UHGV virus genome: UHGV-0106768
DNA: 44,108 nucleotides
Source of the DNA: a virus
Direction: 5' to 3' (one strand)
Every line of letters starts with the position of its first letter. Within the stretch, counting starts at the first letter, position 1. Shown one piece after another: positions 1-6,327 of the stretch. The translations under genes and the position numbers were made by a program. Under the pieces are notes generated by a model that ran no database searches, was not told the DNA's origin, and saw only the letters and a program-made list of their open reading frames with translations.

Positions 1-104
1 TACTGACAACTTCGCCATCAACCCACTTCGCCACGATAGATATACAGAACAAGAGACTGGAGCTATGTTGGAAATACCATAAGTTGCGAAACAGGAGGGC
101 GTAA

Positions 105-1097
105 ATGACTATATATCTTGAAAGAGGACCGTTTCTCACCATTCCCGATAAGCTGCATCCGGGACAGTACAGAGTGATCCGTAACCCCGACTGGCACGGA
201 GAACTGCCGGAGATCGTGTCCTTCACCGATTTTCTCAAATGGAACTACACACTGGAGTACGGTCAGTATATCCGAAAACTGCACTGCTATCGTCGGCTTC
301 CGCTGCCGTGGGGCGTTCCACAGGATGCCGAGATCGAAACTGTCATCATCGAGGAAGGCAGATATGACCGCATTGATCACGATTCCTTTGATATGTATGT
401 GATATGCGATGTCGTGTTCGAGATGAACGGCTGCCGGCAATGCCAGAAGTATATCGTGCACGGCTTTTACTGCTCTTACGGCGGTTCAGACTTTCTGTGT
501 GATGCGGAGCTGTACGATGGGCAGTTTATCCGGCTGAACAATCCTCTGGATGAGTTTCTGGTTCCCGTTCTCTCAAAGAAAGACTTTGAGAGCATTGCAC
601 AGGATATCCTCAACAGCTACTATTCATATAAGTCGAATTATCCTTGCCGCATCAATACTGCTTCGATTGCAAAGGCTATGGGGCTTGACATCAAGTATGC
701 CCGACTGTCAAAAAACGGAAATGTCAAGTCCAAGCTGATCCTGGACAAGCGGGATACGACCGTCTATGATAAGGAATGCAAAGCTGTCAAAATGCGGATC
801 GACAGTCCTACGATCCTTGTGGACGAGTCATTGGAGGAGGATGAAGCGCAGAACGCCATTATTCATGAGTGCGTTCACGCTTACCTTCACAACCTCTTCT
901 ATGAGCTGCAGAGCTACTATCGGAAAATGGTCGGCAGGAAGATGCCGGAGTTCAATGACTACTTCTATTCCAAGACGCAGCGTAGCTGCCTGAAATGGAT
1001 GGAAACACAGGCAAATGCCATCCCACGCTTTATTCAGATGCCGGAGGAGCAGGCATCCGATGTCATCCTGAACTTCTTCGAGCGACTCCCCGGATAG
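105..1097 (+). CDS. ImmA/IrrE-type (M78-like) zinc metallopeptidase domain protein; upstream part of a gene broken by an in-frame TAG
   Basis: AGGAGGG RBS just upstream of ATG 105. HExxH in AIIHECVHAYLH, followed by METQANAIPRFIQMPEE (E-x-x-AN...MP pattern of ImmA/IrrE). Ends at TAG 1095-1097, but the same frame stays open into 1134..2033. Confidence 0.7.
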   Translation: MTIYLERGPFLTIPDKLHPGQYRVIRNPDWHGELPEIVSFTDFLKWNYTLEYGQYIRKLHCYRRLPLPWGVPQDAEIETVIIEEGRYDRIDHDSFDMYVICDVVFEMNGCRQCQKYIVHGFYCSYGGSDFLCDAELYDGQFIRLNNPLDEFLVPVLSKKDFESIAQDILNSYYSYKSNYPCRINTASIAKAMGLDIKYARLSKNGNVKSKLILDKRDTTVYDKECKAVKMRIDSPTILVDESLEEDEAQNAIIHECVHAYLHNLFYELQSYYRKMVGRKMPEFNDYFYSKTQRSCLKWMETQANAIPRFIQMPEEQASDVILNFFERLPG

Positions 1098-1133
1098 CCT
1101 GACTGGGACGATTACAGAGAACTGATCGACCTT

Positions 1134-2033
1134 GTGAAATGGAAGTTCGGAGTATCCCGCAATGCTGCGAAGAAGCGTATCATTGAGCTTGGCTGGCCGG
1201 AGGTGCGCGGTGTGTATGTCTACAACACCACAGGATATGTTGAGGACTACGATGTCGAACTGAGATTCCCGGATGACTATACCTATACACTGTCATTCCG
1301 TCATATCTCTGATGTGTTCGCATCCTGCGAGACCTTTGCAGAGCTTGTAAGCTCCAAGAAGTTCATATATCTGGACGGTCATGTTGTCATCAACAGCGAC
1401 AAGTATATCCGTAAGGAACACGGCATCGCTATAGGCTTGACAGAGTATGCTAGACACCACATGGCAGAGTGCTGTCTGGATTTCAAGCGTATCTACGCAG
1501 AATTCGACTACAGCTATACCTATGGCGAGCTACACAAGGATGACCTGACCGAGATCACGGCCGAAAACCGTTCGTTCAGCGATGAACAGCGAAAGAAGAT
1601 CCGCATGGCAATGTATGAGATCACAGAAGAAAACGATAAACTGACCGTTCCTTCAGATGTCAACGAATTCGGCAAGGCGGTGCGTTTCCATATGGAGAGA
1701 TGCGGTCTCACCTCGGATCTGGTTGCAGACCGCAGCGGCATGGGTGTGAACACTGTCAATAAGATGCGCAGCGGTAAGAAAGTGAAGCTCGAAACGGTAC
1801 TGGCATTCTGTGTAGCTTTGGAGCTTGAGGAGTCGTTCCGCATTGACCTTATGCAGAAAGCAAAGGTCGATTATGATATGAACAATCCCGCCCACAGGTT
1901 GTATGTGACGATTTTTGAGCTTATGGAGAAGCCTAATGTGTTTCAGATCAACGAACTGCTGAAGGCAGAAGGCTTTACTCCGTGGACGAGAGACTGCGAG
2001 GAAAAGAAGCGGTACGCTAAGATAAGTATGTAA
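1134..2033 (+). CDS. Downstream part of the ImmA/IrrE-like gene, ending in an XRE-family helix-turn-helix
   Basis: Same frame as 105..1097, with no RBS or ATG of its own (the track start is GTG). FGVSRNAAKKRIIELGW is the usual C-terminal ImmA/IrrE motif. HTH-like segment GLTSDLVADRSGMGVNTVNKMRSGKK. Terminator follows. Confidence 0.65.
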   Translation: MKWKFGVSRNAAKKRIIELGWPEVRGVYVYNTTGYVEDYDVELRFPDDYTYTLSFRHISDVFASCETFAELVSSKKFIYLDGHVVINSDKYIRKEHGIAIGLTEYARHHMAECCLDFKRIYAEFDYSYTYGELHKDDLTEITAENRSFSDEQRKKIRMAMYEITEENDKLTVPSDVNEFGKAVRFHMERCGLTSDLVADRSGMGVNTVNKMRSGKKVKLETVLAFCVALELEESFRIDLMQKAKVDYDMNNPAHRLYVTIFELMEKPNVFQINELLKAEGFTPWTRDCEEKKRYAKISM

Positions 2034-2046
2034 TAACAGCATTTTC

Positions 2047-2073
2047 AGGAGGCTTTCGAGCCTCCTTTTTTTA
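2047..2073 (+). terminator. Rho-independent terminator
   Basis: AGGAGGCT-TTCG-AGCCTCCT stem-loop followed by a T7 tract, directly after the stop at 2033. Confidence 0.85.
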
Positions 2074-2095
2074 TGCCCTGAAATATTTTCATGAA

Positions 2096-2130
2096 GCCCC
2101 CAGAAAAAATGGGGGGCGATTTTTGTTTTT
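2096..2130 (+). terminator. Second rho-independent terminator
   Basis: GCCCCC / GGGGGC stem with an A-rich loop, followed by GATTTTTGTTTTT. Confidence 0.7.
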
Positions 2131-2256
2131 GAAACAGTTTAGAAATAGAATATTTATAAAATATCCATTTAATTTAGATGATGTGAACAAGTGCAGATTA
2201 TATATCAAAGTTGAGATAAGCATAGTGCATAAAAAACAGCCCCCATTTTTTATGTA

Positions 2257-2285
2257 TGTAAAAGAGAATTCGGATATGTTATGAT
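2257..2285 (+). promoter_or_regulatory. Candidate extended -10 promoter for the long leader
   Basis: TGTAAA - 17 nt - TATGAT, with TG one base upstream of the -10, inside an AT-rich tract. The -35 is weak. Confidence 0.3.
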
Positions 2286-2340
2286 ATAGACACAGTCAAG
2301 GACAGGCACCGCCGCCCATGACTGGAAACAACCTCTATAT

Positions 2341-2460
2341 GCCGGATGCATACGGCAGAGGACGGTCATATGAGAGCAGAACTGAACACCACAGGTATAT
2401 CCCGTGTTCGGAATCTGACATCATATGGCTACTCTGTGTCATGCATCCGGCTATTTTTCT
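2341..2460 (+). promoter_or_regulatory. About 111-nt extended hairpin plus T-tract (attenuator or terminator-like) in an untranslated leader
   Basis: Five nested helices (2341-51/2441-51, 2356-60/2432-36, 2364-72/2422-30, 2377-80/2414-17, 2384-89/2404-09), then CTATTTTTCT. Confidence 0.6.
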
Positions 2461-2520
2461 GCCGCGGCATTCGGAGCATGGCAAATCGATCATTACATTT
2501 GTTAGTCAGGGCGCGCACTG

Positions 2521-2644
2521 GCGGACAGATGCTCATAACGGAAAACAATGCCTGTGGTCTGTATAGACCGGAACAGGTACCGAAAGATTTTCCGTGTGGA
2601 CATTGTCTGCCTGCGTGCCTTTTCGCAGTAAGAGCATCTGCCGC
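2521..2644 (+). ncRNA. Three-way-junction structured leader element (unclassified cis-regulatory RNA candidate)
   Basis: Closing helix 2521-2534/2632-2644 (13 bp, one bulge). Inner helices 2538-45/2588-95, 2551-55/2573-77, 2556-60/2565-69 and 2611-15/2624-28. No credible ORF. Confidence 0.5.
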
Positions 2645-2650
2645 TGAGTG

Positions 2651-2671
2651 CGTTCCTTGCAGAAAGGAACG
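2651..2671 (+). promoter_or_regulatory. RBS-sequestering hairpin
   Basis: CGTTCCTT (2651-58) pairs perfectly with AAGGAACG (2664-71). The 3' arm is the only Shine-Dalgarno-like sequence before ATG 2675. Confidence 0.6.
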
Positions 2672-2674
2672 ATT

Positions 2675-3397
2675 ATGGAAAACGTGAATGTTCAGAATGC
2701 TGCCGCTATTACCGATCAGACCACACTCGGAGAACTGCTTGCAATGCTTGACCTCGCTGATAAGGCAGGCAAGATGCCGACACCGAGAGAACTGTTTGAG
2801 ACCGCCGGTGAGACGATTGCCGACATGAACGGCTGCACGCTCTTCAGCAACGGGTTCGCTGTCTACCAGAATATCACCGGACGTACTGTTGTCTGGCTGC
2901 CTTACTGTAAGAGCTTCACCTATTACTTCGGCAAGCTCCGTGATTCCGAGAAAGACACGCTGACAGAGACCTATGAGCTGCCGGATGGATTTCTGGAAAC
3001 ACAGCCGTGGGTGATCGCAGTAACACTGATCGGCGACCATCGTGTGGAGGCAAACAGCATGAACCGCACCGGCAGCCGCAAGGATACCACAGATTATGAC
3101 AGCGCCGATAACGGCGATAAAGACGGTGATGCAGAGGAGGCTTTGGCAGATCCGTATCGCAGGGCATTCAACTGGTATGACGGACGCATGGGCGAGAATC
3201 CGCAGGATGCCGTGGAGCGCAGAGAGACACGCGAGGAGATGCTTGCAGACATGACGGACAAGCAGCGTGAAGCCTTTATTATGTACTTCAGGGATGGTAT
3301 GACGCAGGAAGAGATTGCTTCATATATAGGGGTAAGCCGTGATTCCATAAATGACAGGCTTGAAGGTGCATTGAAAAAAGCAAAAAAATATTTTTGA
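2675..3397 (+). CDS. Sigma-70 region-4-like HTH regulator (sigma-factor-like protein of the kind seen in Clostridial ICEs and phages)
   Basis: The C-terminus DKQREAFIMYFRDGMTQEEIASYIGVSRDSINDRLEGALKKAKKYF matches the region-4 HTH pattern. The start is taken at ATG 2675 after AAGGAA. The track ORF starts at GTG 2648. Confidence 0.7.
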   Translation: MENVNVQNAAAITDQTTLGELLAMLDLADKAGKMPTPRELFETAGETIADMNGCTLFSNGFAVYQNITGRTVVWLPYCKSFTYYFGKLRDSEKDTLTETYELPDGFLETQPWVIAVTLIGDHRVEANSMNRTGSRKDTTDYDSADNGDKDGDAEEALADPYRRAFNWYDGRMGENPQDAVERRETREEMLADMTDKQREAFIMYFRDGMTQEEIASYIGVSRDSINDRLEGALKKAKKYF

Positions 3398-3441
3398 GGA
3401 TACCCACAAAAAGACCTCTCCCATGACAGTATATGAGAGGG
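3398..3441 (+). repeat. Copy 1 of a conserved 44-nt motif (GGATACCCACAAAA-N4-CCTCTCCCAYGACAGTATATGAGRGG)
   Basis: Nearly identical to 17237-17279. Contains hairpin CCTCTC/GAGAGG with a conserved 14-nt loop. Sits right after a gene end and a T-rich run. Confidence 0.7.
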
Positions 3442-3529
3442 CTTGAAAAGAAACCAAACCGCAAGCGGCTGCAAAGCCCTCGCAGCCGAACCATTATTAC
3501 ATCGGTCGAAAGACCTGAACAGAAAGGAA

Positions 3530-3895
3530 ATGCTTATGCCTATGGAAAACAGAGTCCCGAAAAACCGCTACAACGGCGGTGCCGCGCCCAATGCTGACAA
3601 ACAGGACAAGCCCGATGTGCTGAAGATGATCGAAACGGCAATGGACAAGCGTGCGGCTGGCATAGCACAGACGGTCACGGATATGTTCCGTTTCATGTCG
3701 ATGGCATCCGCCATGCTCCCGAATATGGAGATGGATGTCGGTGTGTTCCGTCTGAAGATCGACGATGACGGCGTGTTCTTTGAAATCCGCTACCCGTCCG
3801 GCTTCAGGCGCAAGCACAAGCCCGATGAGGACGGCGAAAAGCTGCCGGACAACTATGACGATAACGAGGAGGGACTGATCTATGACGGAGACTGA
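3530..3895 (+). CDS. Hypothetical protein
   Basis: Open frame with AAAGGA RBS before ATG 3530/3536. Its end overlaps the next gene. Confidence 0.55.
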   Translation: MLMPMENRVPKNRYNGGAAPNADKQDKPDVLKMIETAMDKRAAGIAQTVTDMFRFMSMASAMLPNMEMDVGVFRLKIDDDGVFFEIRYPSGFRRKHKPDEDGEKLPDNYDDNEEGLIYDGD

Positions 3896-4376
3896 GAAGA
3901 AGTTCACTGTGCCGGGACCGGTGCCTGTGGACGCAAAGAAGCTGATCGATGGGCTTGGTACGATCTTCGGCGGCGTGATCCAGATTCTGGCGGCAATGGA
4001 GCCGGGCATGGCAAAGGAACTGGCAGACATGGCGTTGGGCGGTGTGCCGAAGGAGCAGGTGCCGGAGACCATTAATCCGGACGATTTCGAGGAGATCATC
4101 GCTGCTGACGATCTGCCGTGGGATACAGAGCCGGAGCAGCCTGAACCGCCCAAGCCTGCGGAAAAATCCAAGCCGAAGAAGGCAGCAAAGAAGGCGGAGC
4201 CTGCATCGGAGCTGACCGCCGACGATCTCATCCGTGTGGTGACGCAGAAGATCAAGAAGGACCGCACCAACAAGGACAAAGTGCTGGCACTGCTGAAGTC
4301 CTACGGTGCGGCAAAGGTCAGCGACATTCCGCAGGAAAAGTATGAGGCGTTCCTCACGGATGTGTCGCAGCTCTGA
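3882..4376 (+). CDS. Hypothetical protein with a Pro/Lys-rich linker
   Basis: ATG 3882 preceded by GAGGAGGG. 164-aa ORF with protein-like composition. Confidence 0.6.
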   Translation: MTETEKKFTVPGPVPVDAKKLIDGLGTIFGGVIQILAAMEPGMAKELADMALGGVPKEQVPETINPDDFEEIIAADDLPWDTEPEQPEPPKPAEKSKPKKAAKKAEPASELTADDLIRVVTQKIKKDRTNKDKVLALLKSYGAAKVSDIPQEKYEAFLTDVSQL

Positions 4377-4390
4377 TCGGGGGTGGCATC

Positions 4391-5233
4391 ATGCCTGACG
4401 TTCACGCACTGCTCAGTGCGTCCAGTTCAAAACAGTGGCTACACTGTCCGCCGTCAGTCCGTTTGCAGGAGGGATTTCCGAATGAGAGTTCAGTCTACGC
4501 CGCAGAGGGCACGTTTGCCCACGAGATCTGCGAATACAAGGTACGTAAGTACCTGAAGGAGCGTGTGAAGCGTCCGCAGTCCGAGGAATATGACACCGAG
4601 GAAATCGAGCAGATCACAGATGTGTATGCGGAGTTCGTGATCTCCATCATTGAGCAGATGAAGGAGAACGGCTGTGAGCCGCTTGCTTTTGTTGAGGAGC
4701 GTGTGGACTACAGCCACATTGCCCCTTCCGGCTTTGGCACGGCAGATATGCTCATCATCGGTAAGGACGAGCAGGGACGCGGAATCCTTCATGTATGCGA
4801 TTTCAAGACGGGTGCAGGCGTGTTTGTGGATGCAGACCACAACAGCCAGATGATGCTCTATGCGATCGGAGCTTTAGCCGCCTACGGCTTTTTGTATGAT
4901 TTTGAGATCGTGCGTATGAGCATCATTCAGCCTCGTCTGGATAATATCAGCACATTCGAGTGTAGCAGAGCCGAGCTTGAGGAATGGGGCGAGAGCATCA
5001 AGCCCATTGCGAAACTTGCCTACGAGGGCAAAGGTGAACAGCACCCCGGCGACTGGTGTCGGTTCTGCCGTGCAAAGCCTGTTTGCAAAGCGTGTGCCAA
5101 TGAAGCACTGGCACTCTGCCGTGAGGATTTCCTTGACCTCGATGCCGGAGCATTCGATGATACTGCGGAGGAAAGCGATATGACCGCACCATACGAAGCG
5201 GATATACAGACTGCCGTATTCAAGCAGCCGTGA
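4391..5233 (+). CDS. DUF2800-type PD-(D/E)XK (Cas4-like) nuclease; upstream part, ends at an in-frame TGA
   Basis: N-terminus MPDVHALLSASSSKQWLHCPPS and the Cys cluster CRFCRAKPVCKAC are typical of DUF2800. The frame continues open after TGA 5231-5233. Confidence 0.75.
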   Translation: MPDVHALLSASSSKQWLHCPPSVRLQEGFPNESSVYAAEGTFAHEICEYKVRKYLKERVKRPQSEEYDTEEIEQITDVYAEFVISIIEQMKENGCEPLAFVEERVDYSHIAPSGFGTADMLIIGKDEQGRGILHVCDFKTGAGVFVDADHNSQMMLYAIGALAAYGFLYDFEIVRMSIIQPRLDNISTFECSRAELEEWGESIKPIAKLAYEGKGEQHPGDWCRFCRAKPVCKACANEALALCREDFLDLDAGAFDDTAEESDMTAPYEADIQTAVFKQP

Positions 5234-5362
5234 CTGATTCCTATCAGCGAACTTGCGGAGATCCTGCCGACTCTGAACCGCATCAGCTCTTGGATCGAGG
5301 CGGTATTCGCATTCGTATCCTCCGAGGCGATCAATCACGGTGTACCGATTCCCGGCTATAAG

Positions 5363-5638
5363 GTGGTCGAAGGGCGCAGCAAGCGTGTATTCACAGATAC
5401 AAAAGCTGTGGTCGATACCGCTGTTCAGAACGGGTACACCGACCTTTACAAGCAGACGCTCATCACGCTGACGGAATTTGAAAAGATGATGGGCAAGAAA
5501 AAGTTCAACGAGCTGCTCGGTGAGTATGTCGCCAAGCCACCCGGAAAGCTGGCACTTGTGCCGGAGAGCGATCCGAGAGAACCCGTTGATCTCACAACAC
5601 CCGGTCAGGAATTTGAAGTTCTCTCTGATGATGAGTGA
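5363..5638 (+). CDS. Downstream part of the DUF2800 nuclease gene
   Basis: Same frame as 4391..5233 and open from 5234. The sequence LIPISELAEILPTLNRISSWIEAV...GYKVVEGRSKRVFTD reads as the usual DUF2800 C-terminal region. No RBS of its own. Confidence 0.6.
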   Translation: MVEGRSKRVFTDTKAVVDTAVQNGYTDLYKQTLITLTEFEKMMGKKKFNELLGEYVAKPPGKLALVPESDPREPVDLTTPGQEFEVLSDDE

Positions 5639-5711
5639 GGATCATACAATAATGCCGCAATTATTCTGTTTGGTGAATACGCAAAATTGAATGAAATATA
5701 GGAGGTATACT

Positions 5712-6287
5712 ATGGCAAACACAACACCCGCGACTAAAGTGGTTATTCCCTGTCGCATTTCTTTTGCGAACATCTGGGAGCCAAAATCAATTAATGGCAG
5801 CGAAGAGAAGTATTCCGTTTCCCTACTGATCCCGAAGGATGACAAGGCAACGCTCGCCAAGATCAAGAAGGCAATTGAGGCGGCAAAGGAAGCGGCGAAG
5901 GAGAAGAAGTGGGGCGGCAAGATCCCGCCGAACCTCAAGCTGCCGATGCATGACGGCGACATCGACCGTCCTGATGACGAGAACTATGCCGGTCACTTCT
6001 TCTTCAATGCCACGAGCAAGGATGCACCGCAGATCGTTGACCGCCATGTGCAGCCGATTCTCGATCCGATGGAGTGCGGCAGCGGTGACTATTGCAATGT
6101 CAGCGTGAACTTCTACGGTTTTGCAGCATCCGGCAACAAGGGCATCGCAGCAGGACTCCAGAACATCCAGCTTGTCCGCCACGGTGAGCGTCTTGCCGGC
6201 AGGCCGACCGCCGCATCCGACTTCGTTGAGGTCGAGGGTGATGATGCGGATGATCTCGCAGACGATGATCTGGATTTCCTGAACTGA
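5712..6287 (+). CDS. DUF2815 family protein (phage SSB-like)
   Basis: GGAGG RBS before ATG 5712. The VVIPCRISFANIWEPKS N-terminus and acidic C-terminal tail (DDADDLADDDLDFLN) are typical of the DUF2815 partner of DUF2800 and PolA modules. Confidence 0.7.
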   Translation: MANTTPATKVVIPCRISFANIWEPKSINGSEEKYSVSLLIPKDDKATLAKIKKAIEAAKEAAKEKKWGGKIPPNLKLPMHDGDIDRPDDENYAGHFFFNATSKDAPQIVDRHVQPILDPMECGSGDYCNVSVNFYGFAASGNKGIAAGLQNIQLVRHGERLAGRPTAASDFVEVEGDDADDLADDDLDFLN

Positions 6288-6327
6288 CGCATAAGGGAGG
6301 CTTGCCTCCCTGTACATACACAAACAG

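Noticed and set aside
9-33. Short direct repeat ACTTCGCCA x2 upstream of the first gene, as a possible operator.
   Set aside because: It is only 9 nt and two copies, at the very edge of the window and without context. That is too weak to call.
2318-2687. ORFs 2318..2566 (82 aa) and 2346..2687 (113 aa) in the gap upstream of the sigma-like gene.
   Set aside because: They have no Shine-Dalgarno sequence and an implausible Cys/Arg/His-rich composition. The region is better explained by extensive nested RNA helices.
5231-5233. The in-frame TGA (and the TAG and TAA elsewhere) might be selenocysteine or stop-codon reassignment.
   Set aside because: All three stop codons are used as in-frame interruptions once each. 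All three also terminate normal genes throughout the window, which is incompatible with a recoded genetic code. The hairpin after the TGA is only 5 bp and not SECIS-like, and the interrupted position is not one where I would expect a catalytic Cys or Sec residue.
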